From Verrucomicrobiaceae bacterium (GTDB taxonomy: Bacteria > Verrucomicrobiota > Verrucomicrobiia > Verrucomicrobiales > Akkermansiaceae), in NCBI GenBank assembly GCA_051252135.1, contig JBPOGH010000029.1:1-16968 (forward strand): 16,968 nt of DNA. Direction: 5' to 3'. The notes under the pieces are model-generated. The model searched no databases, was not told the origin of the DNA, and saw only the letters and a program-made list of their open reading frames with translations. This document shows positions 7,121 to 15,922 of the stretch, piece after piece (the stretch's first letter is position 1; every line of letters begins with the position of its first letter). A program made the translations under genes and the position numbers.

Positions 7121-7684
7121 ATGAAATCGAATTTTTTAGCGGGTCTCGTTTTTTGTCTGGTTGGGGAAACGCAGGGAGTGACTCTCATTAATAATGTGGA
7201 GATTTATCCCTTTGAGGATTTTGGGGGAGGTGATTTCGCGATAGACTATCATGGTTATCCGGAGGCCTTGTTCACGCCTATTTCGGCTGATCGGTATCGA
7301 TTTCGGTATGCTGGGATCGCAGAATTTTTCTCGTTCTATACCGTGAGTTTGGGTGATTTGATCGATCCCAACTACGTAGAAGGAAGAGTTCCCTTCATTT
7401 CCAACTCCGGCTTTCCCGGCGATCCCGGCTCGGCTGATTTCGACATTGCGGTGAATGAGAGCAGGTATCTTGGATACTGGGTAGAAGATGTGCCTACCCA
7501 TCTTTTTGGCTGGGTGCGGGTGAGTCGCACGGTTGATGGGTTGGTGGCATCGGAGAGTGCGACTTCTTTGGGGAATGGAATTTATGTGGGTTCGTTTGAG
7601 GAGGTGCCGGAGCCATCGGTGTCGGTTCTGGGTCTTTCGGCGGTGGCCCTCTTGCTGGGTCGGAGGCGGGGATTGGGAGGGTGA
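7121..7684 (+). CDS. PEP-CTERM sorting-domain protein
   Basis: N-terminal signal peptide; C-terminal VPEPS plus hydrophobic TM plus RRR. Confidence 0.92.
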   Translation: MKSNFLAGLVFCLVGETQGVTLINNVEIYPFEDFGGGDFAIDYHGYPEALFTPISADRYRFRYAGIAEFFSFYTVSLGDLIDPNYVEGRVPFISNSGFPGDPGSADFDIAVNESRYLGYWVEDVPTHLFGWVRVSRTVDGLVASESATSLGNGIYVGSFEEVPEPSVSVLGLSAVALLLGRRRGLGG

Positions 7685-7803
7685 GGAGGGACTGTGAGGG
7701 GTGAGGAGGTGGGGAAACGCTTGCAAAAGGGGGGCGGAAAGCGGAAAAACTGCGCGTCTTGGAGGCGGGTGTCGCTTTTGAGGTGAATCACCCCCTGATT
7801 GTT

Positions 7804-8874
7804 GTGTCCAAGTCATTAAACGTTGTCATTGCCTGTGGAGGAACGGGTGGCCATTTGTTCCCTGGGATTGCGGTGGCGCAGGAGTTGAAATCGCGTGGGC
7901 ACGAGGTGCTCTTGTTGATCTCGGAGAAGGAGGTGGATGCGCAGGCGTCGGCGAAGTATTCCGAGCTGAGATTTGAGTCGGTGAATGCGATTGCGAAGCC
8001 GCCGACCTTATCGCCGCGGATGGTTCCTTTTTTGTGGAGGTTATTGAAGACGATTGCCCATTGCGGGAGGATTGTTGAGCGGGAGAAGGCGGATGTGGTG
8101 TTGGGGATGGGTGGTTTTACTTCGTTGCCGCCGGTGTTTGCGGGAGCGAAGCGCGGGTTACGGACGTATGTGCATGATTCGAATGCGATTCCGGGTCGCT
8201 CGAATCTGCTGACGGCGCGGAGGTGCACGAAGGTGCTGGTGGGGATGGAAGAGGCGCGGTCGCACTTTCCGAAGGCGGAGGTGGTGGTGACGGGGACGCC
8301 AGTGCGGGATGAGCTGGAGAATTTGCCATCGAAGGCGGAGGGGTGCGCGGTGTTTGGGCTGGACCCGGCGAAGCGGACCTTGCTGGTGATGGGAGGGAGC
8401 CAGGGGGCGTCGAAGTTGAACGAGATTGTGGCGGAGGGGACCGAGGGGACGGATTGGCAGGTGTTGCACTTGGCGGGGCAGGGAGATTTTGACCGGCTGA
8501 CGAAGCAGGTGGAGGGGCGCGAGGGTTACAAGGTGTTGGCCTTTTGTGATCAAATGGCAGCGGCATACGCGGCCTCGGATTTTTGTGTGGCAAGGTCCGG
8601 GGCGTCATCGCTGACGGAGCTGAGTCGGGCGGGGTTGCCGGGCTTGTTGGTGCCGTTTCCGTTTTCGGCCGATGATCATCAGACGGCGAACGCGGTGGTT
8701 TTTGAAAAGGCGGGGGCGGCGGTGCTGAAGCAGCAGAGTGAGCTGGATTTGGAGACGTTTCGGGGATTGCTGGAGTCGTTTGACGATGAGGTCATCGCGA
8801 AGATGGGGCAGGCGATGACGGCGTTGGCGGTGCGGGATGCGGCGGCTCAAATTGCGAATGTGATCGAAGGATGA
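7804..8874 (+). CDS. murG: Undecaprenyl-PP-MurNAc-pentapeptide GlcNAc transferase MurG
   Basis: IACGGTGGHLFPG, GMGGFTS, HDSNAIPG, TGTPVR, VMGGSQGA, RSGASSLTE, DDHQTANA. Start placed at GTG 7804 by similarity. Confidence 0.96.
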   Translation: MSKSLNVVIACGGTGGHLFPGIAVAQELKSRGHEVLLLISEKEVDAQASAKYSELRFESVNAIAKPPTLSPRMVPFLWRLLKTIAHCGRIVEREKADVVLGMGGFTSLPPVFAGAKRGLRTYVHDSNAIPGRSNLLTARRCTKVLVGMEEARSHFPKAEVVVTGTPVRDELENLPSKAEGCAVFGLDPAKRTLLVMGGSQGASKLNEIVAEGTEGTDWQVLHLAGQGDFDRLTKQVEGREGYKVLAFCDQMAAAYAASDFCVARSGASSLTELSRAGLPGLLVPFPFSADDHQTANAVVFEKAGAAVLKQQSELDLETFRGLLESFDDEVIAKMGQAMTALAVRDAAAQIANVIEG

Positions 8875-11171
8875 AGATTGAAGAATTTAGCAAGCGGCTG
8901 TTGAACCGCGAGGAGCCGATGCGGATTCACCTGATTGGGGTGGCGGGATCGGGGATGAGCGGGTTGGCGCGGTTGCTGATCGAGATGGGGCATCGGGTGA
9001 GCGGGTCGGACCGGGTGACCTCGGGAGAGACGGAGCGGCTGCGTGGGCTGGGGCTGGAGTTTTCGACTCCGCACTCTGGCGAGGCGGTGAGGGATGCGGA
9101 GGTGGTTGTTTATTCATCGGCGATCCGGGAGACGAATCCGGCAATGGCGGCGGCGCGGATTAATAAGACGGCGTGCTTTCGGAGGGCGGAATGCCTGGCG
9201 GCGATTCTGCATACGAAGTCGGGGATTGTGGTGTCCGGGACGCACGGGAAGACGACGACGTCATCGATGGTGGCGCATCTTTTACGAAAGGGTGAGTTGA
9301 ATCCGTGTCACTACGTGGGGGCGGAGATTCCGGTGCTGGGAAGCAATGCGGAGTGGAATGAGGACGGGGAGTTTTTGGTGGCGGAGGGTGATGAGTCCGA
9401 CGGGACGCTGGCGCTTTACAAGCCGAAGCACGCGATTGTGCTGAATGTGGAGGAGGAGCATTTGGATTTCTACACGCGGGGGATCGAGCAGATTCGGGAG
9501 GTGTTCAACACGTTGCTGGATCAGACATCGGGTTCGATTGTTTATTGCGGTGAGTGTGCGGAGGCGACGCGGCTGTGCGGGGCGCGGGAGAACAGTCTTT
9601 CGTATGGGTGGGCGGATGCGGATTTTACGGCAACGGAGGTGACGGAGCAGATCGGGACGACGAGCTTCACGGTGAATTTTCGGGGTGAGGAGCTGGGGCG
9701 GGTGCAGCTTGGGATTGCGGGACGTCACAATGTGTTGAATGCGCTGGGAGCGATTGCGATTGGTCATTTGTGCGAGGTGGACTTTCAGAAAATGGCGCGT
9801 GCGATGGGAAGTTTTGCAGGTGCGAAGCGGAGATTTGAGACGAAGTATCTGACGAAGCGGAGCCGGATTGTGGACGACTACGGTCACCACCCGACGGAGG
9901 TGGCGGCGACGCTGCAGACGGCGCGGAGTTATGACCGGAGCCGGGTGGTAGTGCTCTTTCAGCCGCATCGCTACAGCCGGACGCAGAAGCTGGCGGATGA
10001 ATTCGGGAAGGCGCTGCAGGCGGCGGATCTGGTATTTGTGACGAGTGTTTATGCGGCGAGCGAGGATCCGATTGAAGGGGTGAGCGGGCAGACGATTGTG
10101 GATGCGGTGCTGGCGAACGGAGCGACGAAAGCGGTTTACGTTCCGGATTTGGAAACGGCGCATCATGTGGTGGGCAACGCGCTGCAGTATGATGATTTAT
10201 TCCTGACGCTGGGGGCAGGGAATGTGCATGAGGCGGGAAACAAGCTGATTCACGATCTGAAGATTCTGGATGAGATCGTGGCGGAATCGGGGGTGGAGCA
10301 GATCAAGCTCTACGAACCGATGGCGAAGCATACGACGATCCGGGTGGGTGGGCCGGCGCAGTTTTGGATTGAGCCGAGCACCTTCGAGAGCTTTGCGGGG
10401 GCGGTGGTTTACTGTCGGGCGCGCGGGATTCCGGTGCGGATTGTGGGACGGGGATCGAATTTGTTGGTGCGCGACGGAGGAATTCGTGGAGCGGTGATTC
10501 ATCCGACGGGTGGTCAGTTTGGTGAGGTGACGGTGGAGGGAAACCGGATCATGGCCGGTGCGGGGGTTCGTTTTAAGAAGTTGGCGAGTGTGGCGCGGGA
10601 GAATGGAATTGGCGGGTTTGAGTGGATGGAAGGAATTCCGGGAAATGTGGGCGGGGGGCTGCGGATGAATGCGGGGGCGATGCGGGTGGAGACCTTTGAT
10701 CAGGTGGTGGATGTGACCTTCCTCGATGAGGACGGGCAGATTCGGACGCGGAGTCGGGAGGAGATTATATCGAACTACCGGAGTGTGCCCGAGCTGCGCC
10801 GGAACTACGCGTTGTCGGCGACCTTTGAGGGAGTGACTGCGGGTGCGGAGAGCATTCAGGGATTGCTGGACGAGTCCCGGCATCACCGGAACACGACCCA
10901 GCCGAAGGCCGCGAGTGCGGGATGTGTTTTTAAGAATCCGGAGGGGTGCGGAGCGGGCCAGCTGGTGGATGAGCTTGGGCTGAAAGAGACGGGAGTGGGG
11001 AAGGCGGAGGTCTCACCCGAGCATGGAAACTTTATTGTGAACCGGGGGAAGGCGACTGCGTCGGACGTGTTGGCATTGATTGAGAAGATCAAGGCGAAGG
11101 CGAAAGAGGAGCGTGGGGTGGAGCTGGAGACCGAGGTGCAGATTCTCGGGGAAGACGAAGTGGTGTTCTAG
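8871..11171 (+). CDS. murC: MurC-MurB fusion (UDP-MurNAc:L-Ala ligase + UDP-GlcNAc-enolpyruvate reductase)
   Basis: MurC motifs GVAGSGMSGLA, GTHGKTTT, EGDESD, DDYGHHPTE and FQPHRYSRT. In the same frame from ~10300 come MurB motifs HTTIRVGGPA, GRGSNLL, GIPGNVGG..RMNAGA, SAGCVFKNP, HGNFIVN and LETEV. Overlaps the murG stop (ATGA). Confidence 0.96.
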   Translation: MKIEEFSKRLLNREEPMRIHLIGVAGSGMSGLARLLIEMGHRVSGSDRVTSGETERLRGLGLEFSTPHSGEAVRDAEVVVYSSAIRETNPAMAAARINKTACFRRAECLAAILHTKSGIVVSGTHGKTTTSSMVAHLLRKGELNPCHYVGAEIPVLGSNAEWNEDGEFLVAEGDESDGTLALYKPKHAIVLNVEEEHLDFYTRGIEQIREVFNTLLDQTSGSIVYCGECAEATRLCGARENSLSYGWADADFTATEVTEQIGTTSFTVNFRGEELGRVQLGIAGRHNVLNALGAIAIGHLCEVDFQKMARAMGSFAGAKRRFETKYLTKRSRIVDDYGHHPTEVAATLQTARSYDRSRVVVLFQPHRYSRTQKLADEFGKALQAADLVFVTSVYAASEDPIEGVSGQTIVDAVLANGATKAVYVPDLETAHHVVGNALQYDDLFLTLGAGNVHEAGNKLIHDLKILDEIVAESGVEQIKLYEPMAKHTTIRVGGPAQFWIEPSTFESFAGAVVYCRARGIPVRIVGRGSNLLVRDGGIRGAVIHPTGGQFGEVTVEGNRIMAGAGVRFKKLASVARENGIGGFEWMEGIPGNVGGGLRMNAGAMRVETFDQVVDVTFLDEDGQIRTRSREEIISNYRSVPELRRNYALSATFEGVTAGAESIQGLLDESRHHRNTTQPKAASAGCVFKNPEGCGAGQLVDELGLKETGVGKAEVSPEHGNFIVNRGKATASDVLALIEKIKAKAKEERGVELETEVQILGEDEVVF

Positions 11172-12913
11172 GGGGAGGAGAAATTTCCGATATCGTTGAG
11201 CTCGGATTTCAGGACCCGGGTGAGTTGTTTTTCGTAATTGGTGAAGGAGTAGAGGCTGGTTTTTTCGGGGTCGGCGTGGGACATCCACATCCGTTCCTCG
11301 AGGGTGAGGGCCTTGACGCCGAGGCCGAGGAGGCAGGCGACGAAGAGGTAGGTGGGGGCGAGGTGGCCGGCGAGGGATGGGCGGGGGGATTTTCCGCGTT
11401 TGAGGGCGGAAGCGAGCCAGGAGATGACGAGCCAGATGAGGGTGGCCCAGAGAAGGAGGGCCGCGACGAACATGCTCTCGAACCAAATCGGGAAGAGGCC
11501 GGAGAAGAGGAGTCCAAGGCCGGCGAGGGTGAGTTGGCCCCATTTTTTGAAGAAGGAGAGTTCCGGGGTGTGGGTTGCCCGGGTGACGGCGAGAGGGGCG
11601 GTGAGGAGGACGGTGATGACTCCGAGGAGTGGGAGGAAGTAGTTTGCTCCCGAGAACATGCGGAGTCCGTATTCGAGGATGCCCGGAGGGAAAAGGTAGC
11701 GGTGGGCGATGCAGAGGAGGAAGGGGATGAGGGCGCCGAGAAGGAGGTGGCGGCCTTTGATGATGAATGAGGCCCGGTTGTCTTTGCGGTGGGCAATGAG
11801 GAAGGAGACGAGGGCGAGGATGGAAAAGAGGAAGAAGGCGTAACCGGTGATGATGCGGGCGACCAAGGCGAGTTCGGCGCGAAGACCGGGTTTGAGCATT
11901 TCGCGGGTGAGTGGGGGCGGTTGGAGGACGGCGCGATTCATGGCGGGGGTGGCGAGGCTCATGATGGTGGAGGCGTGAAAGTTGAGGGTCCGTTCGTCTT
12001 GGAGGCTGCGGCGCTCCTTGATGGTTTTCTTTCGGGTGTCGAAGGCTTGGTATCGTTTGTGGTAGAGGGTTTCTTTTTCGGCGAGTTGCAAGCGCTGCGC
12101 GGCGTGGCGGAGGGCGCGGGCATTGGAGGCGGCTACGGCCTGCAGGAGGAGTCCATCGATGAGGGTGTGGGCCTGGGTGAAGGTTTTCTTTTCGAGGGAA
12201 CGCGCGATTTTTTCGAGACGCTCGAATTCGGAGGCGTTTGTGGCTTCCTGAAGTGCGGCGGCGATGGCATCCGCACAGTATTTTAGCTGGAGTGCGTCGC
12301 TACGGATGTTTGCGGCGAGAGTGAGGTTGGTGATGTTGCTTAGGATGTCGACGGGGGGAGAATGGAGGGCTTGTCTTTGGGGGGCGATGGTGGAGAGGTA
12401 GTTATCGTAGATGGGTTGGGAGAGGCCTTTGTCGAGGAGGTCAATGGATTGACGCAGGAGTTCGTGGTCGAGGATTTCGTAGGGTGCGGGGTCGTCGGGG
12501 TGAGCTGGTTTTTCTCCGGTTTTTCTGAAGGCCTTTCGTGAAAGCCAACTTGCTTCGAGGGTGTTGAACCAGCCGTTGTCGGGCGCGAGTGCGGCGACGG
12601 TGGAGTGGAAGTCATCGGGGGTGGTGTTGGCGCGCCCGACGTATTCGGCATAGAACTCCGGTTTGGAAGGATCGCTGAGGTGGAGTGGTTTCCATTGATC
12701 CCCGTTGGTTTCCGCCGAGGGGTCTCCGTGCATGAGGAGGCGCTCTGCGGGGGACCAATTTTTGTTCCGGGAGAGTGCTTCGGGGGCGGAGTCTGAGGCG
12801 CTTGAGTGGGGGAGGAGATGATTGATGAAGCGGATGCCGGTGCGATCGCCGAGAACGAAACAGAGGGAGACGAGGAAGAGGGTGAGGAGGCAGATGGTTC
12901 CCTTGGATGGCAT
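11168..12913 (-). CDS. Hypothetical integral membrane protein
   Basis: 581-aa ORF with the C-rich codon use of minus-strand genes here. N-terminal TM/signal, a ~330-aa soluble helical region, then about 6 hydrophobic segments. Its stop overlaps the murC-murB stop (CTAG). Confidence 0.8.
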   Translation of the reverse strand: MPSKGTICLLTLFLVSLCFVLGDRTGIRFINHLLPHSSASDSAPEALSRNKNWSPAERLLMHGDPSAETNGDQWKPLHLSDPSKPEFYAEYVGRANTTPDDFHSTVAALAPDNGWFNTLEASWLSRKAFRKTGEKPAHPDDPAPYEILDHELLRQSIDLLDKGLSQPIYDNYLSTIAPQRQALHSPPVDILSNITNLTLAANIRSDALQLKYCADAIAAALQEATNASEFERLEKIARSLEKKTFTQAHTLIDGLLLQAVAASNARALRHAAQRLQLAEKETLYHKRYQAFDTRKKTIKERRSLQDERTLNFHASTIMSLATPAMNRAVLQPPPLTREMLKPGLRAELALVARIITGYAFFLFSILALVSFLIAHRKDNRASFIIKGRHLLLGALIPFLLCIAHRYLFPPGILEYGLRMFSGANYFLPLLGVITVLLTAPLAVTRATHTPELSFFKKWGQLTLAGLGLLFSGLFPIWFESMFVAALLLWATLIWLVISWLASALKRGKSPRPSLAGHLAPTYLFVACLLGLGVKALTLEERMWMSHADPEKTSLYSFTNYEKQLTRVLKSELNDIGNFSSP

Positions 12914-13046
12914 GAAGGGTCTTTTACAGGTGCAATACGCCAGTGCCAGCTTGGATTGAGGGGGAGGAGGGGGATTTGGGAGAAGTGAACTTTGGGATTT
13001 GAAAATCCGGGGAGGTGGCTAGGTTTCGGGCAGCAAGTAATACGAT

Positions 13047-13757
13047 ATGGGACGCGCATTTGAAATCCGGAGAGGGGCCAAGGAAAAACGTTGGGGTAAG
13101 ATGTCACGCATTTTCCCGAAGCTGGCAAAGAGTATCACGATGGCGGCGAAGGCCGGTGGCGCGGATCCGGATTCGAATGCGGCGCTGCGGACGGCGATTA
13201 TCAATGCGAAGGCAGAGAACATGCCGAAGGATAATATCGACAAGGCGATCAAGCGTGCGACGTCGAAGGATCAGGCCGATATTACGGAAATCAACTACGA
13301 GGCCAAGGGACCCCACGGGGCGTTGTATTGGGTGGAGTGTGCGACAGACAACACGAATCGTTCGTTTACGAATGTGCGGACGATTTTCAACAAGAACGGT
13401 GGCGAGATTGTGAACTCGGGTTCCCTGGACTTCATGTTCAACCGGAAGTCGGTGATCGAATTCAATGCGGAGGGTGTGGATCTGGAGGAAGTGGAACTGG
13501 AATTGATTGATGCCGGTTTGGAGGAGATGGAGGCCGAAGAGGGGATGGGGTTGATTTATGGCGATTACAAAGACTTTGGAAACCTCACGGGGGCGCTGGA
13601 GAAGCTTGGGGTGGAAGTGATCAAGGCGAGTCTGGAGCGGCTGCCATCGAATCCCCAACAGTTTACCGAAGCGCAGCTTGAGGAGATCGACGCGTTGGTG
13701 GACAAGCTTGAGGATGATGAGGATGTGCTGGCGGTCTACACGAATGTGGACCGTTGA
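13047..13757 (+). CDS. yebC: YebC/PmpR family protein
   Basis: [63 protein letters not shown]. Confidence 0.96.
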   Translation: MGRAFEIRRGAKEKRWGKMSRIFPKLAKSITMAAKAGGADPDSNAALRTAIINAKAENMPKDNIDKAIKRATSKDQADITEINYEAKGPHGALYWVECATDNTNRSFTNVRTIFNKNGGEIVNSGSLDFMFNRKSVIEFNAEGVDLEEVELELIDAGLEEMEAEEGMGLIYGDYKDFGNLTGALEKLGVEVIKASLERLPSNPQQFTEAQLEEIDALVDKLEDDEDVLAVYTNVDR

Positions 13758-13780
13758 TGGCGGGGCGATTACCGGGCACG

Positions 13781-13809
13781 AAAAAGCGACACCATTTTGA
13801 GGTGTCGCT
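13781..13809 (-). terminator. Intrinsic terminator of the small minus-strand gene
   Basis: Stem AGCGACACC/GGTGTCGCT with a 7-nt loop. The T run lies on the minus strand (plus-strand AAAAA at 13781-13785). Confidence 0.75.
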
Positions 13810-13849
13810 GCGCGGACAGGGATGAACGGGGCGGGTTGCCCCATTTCCC

Positions 13850-13984
13850 TTACATGCCTCCGAAGAAGCCCATCATCTGGCCGACTTTAACGGTGTAGAT
13901 GACGAAGAAGATGATGTGGAGGACGAGATAAAGCAGGATGGCTTTCTCGATGGCCTTGCGGGTCATGATGGGGATGAGTTTCAT
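13850..13984 (-). CDS. Small single-pass membrane protein (44 aa)
   Basis: MKLIPIMTRKAIEKAILLYLVLHIIFFVIYTVKVGQMMGFFGGM*. C-ending codons match minus-strand genes; upstream promoter and downstream terminator present. Below the ORF-track cutoff. Confidence 0.75.
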   Translation of the reverse strand: MKLIPIMTRKAIEKAILLYLVLHIIFFVIYTVKVGQMMGFFGGM

Positions 13985-13994
13985 GGGCGAGCGG

Positions 13995-14023
13995 AAGATG
14001 AAAGATTGGTGGCCGGGGGTCAA
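13995..14023 (-). promoter_or_regulatory. Putative sigma70 promoter of the small gene
   Basis: TTGACC-17 nt-CATCTT, 10 nt upstream of ATG 13984. Confidence 0.5.
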
Positions 14024-14092
14024 GAATGATCAAAGGTGAATCGGAATGAGGTCCGCTCTTGGCGAGTGGGGGAAATGGGGTAGGGTTCCGCC

Positions 14093-15922
14093 GTGAGTTT
14101 ACTGACTTATTTGGCAGCGCTTCTGACTTTGGGTGTGGTGGCGCAGTGGGCGTCCTGGCGGATGAAGATCCCGTCGATTCTGCTGTTGTTGATTTTTGGG
14201 TTCGGGCTGTCGCAGATGACGGGGACGCGGATTGATGATTATCTTTCCGGGGAGGCGGCCTTGTTGAGTCTGGTGGGGTATTTTGTGGCGATCATTCTTT
14301 TTGAGGGTGGGTTGACCTTGAAATTTGCGGAGTTGCGGGAAGCGGGGACTCCGGTGTTTCGATTGTGTACGTTTACGGTGGTGATTGCCTTTGCTCTGAC
14401 GACGGTGGTGGCGCGCTACACGCTGGGATTTCACTGGCAGGTATCGGCTCTTTTGGGAGCGATTCTGGTGGTGACGGGGCCGACGGTGGTGGCGCCGATT
14501 CTGCGGGTGATCAAGCCGCGGCGGAAGGTGGCCTCGATTGTGAAATGGGAGGGGATTGTGGTGGATCCGATCGGGGCGTCGTTGGCGGTTTTAGTTTTCA
14601 TTGTGATCCAGAACGGGGGCCTTGGGGGGACGTGGGACGATATTGCGTGGGCGGTAGTGAAGACGCTGGTGGTGGGGGGGGGAATGGGCCTGGCGCTGGC
14701 GAAAGTGACCGAGTTTTTGTTGTTCCGTCATTTGATTCCGGATTTTTTGGAGAGTTTGTTTTTTCTGGCGCTGGTGGCGGTGTCGTTTGCGGTCTCCAAC
14801 GCGCTGCAGCATGAGTCGGGGCTGTTGACGGTGACGGTGCTGGGGGTGGCGTTGGCGAATCAGGACCGGGTGTCGGTGCGTCATATTCTGGAGTTTAAGG
14901 AGCACTTGCGGGTGTTGATTATTTCGTTGTTGTTCCTGATGTTATCGGGGCGGATCGGGGTGGAGGAGCTTCAGGCGGTGTGGCTGAAGGGGCTGGTGTT
15001 TCTGGCGGGGTTGATCCTGGTGGTGCGTCCGTTGTCGATCTTTCTGGCGAATGTGGGGTCGAAGGAGACGACATTTAAGGAGCAGTTGTTTTTGGCACTA
15101 TTGGCTCCGAGGGGGATTGTGGCGGCTGCGGTGACTTCGGTCTTTGCGCTGGAGCTCCATCATTTGGCGGAGCTGAATCCGACGGACGGGCATTTGGCGA
15201 ATCTGGCGGAGCAGGCGGGTGAGTTGGTGCCTTTGGTGTTTATCGTGATTCTGGGGACGGTGGCCTTTTACGGGTTGTTGGCGGCTCCTTTGGCTCGGAA
15301 GCTGGGGCTGGCGCATAAGAATCCGGACGGGATTTTGTTTGCGGGTTGTGATCCGTGGACGCGGGTGGTGGCCAAGGGTCTTCATAATGAGGGGCATGCG
15401 GTGATGTTGTTGGACACCCAGTATCAGAAGGTGGCGGCAGCGCGGATGGAGGGGTTGAATGCGGTGCGGGCGAACATTTTATCGGAGTATGCGGAGGAGG
15501 AGCTGGATATTGCGGGGCTTGGGCATTTGGTGGCGGCGACTCCGAACGACGAGGTGAACTCGTTGGCGGGTCGGGAGTTCCAGCATCGCTTTGGTAAGGC
15601 GAATGTGTGGCAGATCATGCCGGGAGACCGCGATGCGCATCATACGAAATCGGTGGCTTCGCACATGCGGGGGCGGTATTGCTTTTTGGATGGGCCGAAG
15701 TTTGGCGAGTTGTCGTCGATGGTGGGCCGGGGAGCGGTATTGAAGGCGACGCCTTTGACGGAGGTGTTTACGCTGGAGGATTTTCGGATGACGCATAAGC
15801 GGGCGATGATTCTTTTCCAGCATGATGCCGAAAAAGGGTTGCGGCCGGTTGCGGCGGCGGCGGAGGAGATCACGGTGCCGACGACGATTTACTCGTTGGT
15901 GATGGAAAAGGAGGAAGGGTGA
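14093..15922 (+). CDS. CPA1/NhaP-type cation:proton antiporter with C-terminal TrkA_N/RCK-like domain
   Basis: About 12 TMs, IILFEGGL, VTGPTVV.PIL, KWEGIVVDPIG, APRGIVAAAV; soluble tail with LVAATPNDEVNSLA. Confidence 0.92.
   Translation: MSLLTYLAALLTLGVVAQWASWRMKIPSILLLLIFGFGLSQMTGTRIDDYLSGEAALLSLVGYFVAIILFEGGLTLKFAELREAGTPVFRLCTFTVVIAFALTTVVARYTLGFHWQVSALLGAILVVTGPTVVAPILRVIKPRRKVASIVKWEGIVVDPIGASLAVLVFIVIQNGGLGGTWDDIAWAVVKTLVVGGGMGLALAKVTEFLLFRHLIPDFLESLFFLALVAVSFAVSNALQHESGLLTVTVLGVALANQDRVSVRHILEFKEHLRVLIISLLFLMLSGRIGVEELQAVWLKGLVFLAGLILVVRPLSIFLANVGSKETTFKEQLFLALLAPRGIVAAAVTSVFALELHHLAELNPTDGHLANLAEQAGELVPLVFIVILGTVAFYGLLAAPLARKLGLAHKNPDGILFAGCDPWTRVVAKGLHNEGHAVMLLDTQYQKVAAARMEGLNAVRANILSEYAEEELDIAGLGHLVAATPNDEVNSLAGREFQHRFGKANVWQIMPGDRDAHHTKSVASHMRGRYCFLDGPKFGELSSMVGRGAVLKATPLTEVFTLEDFRMTHKRAMILFQHDAEKGLRPVAAAAEEITVPTTIYSLVMEKEEG

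Noticed and set aside
12931..12948. Sigma54 promoter TGGCAC...TTGCA upstream of the 581-aa gene
   Set aside because: GG-to-GC spacing is 12 nt, not the required 10.
2160..13757. ruvA and yebC as a yebC-ruvCAB operon
   Set aside because: They are 10 kb apart with unrelated genes on both strands between them, and no ruvB or ruvC is present.
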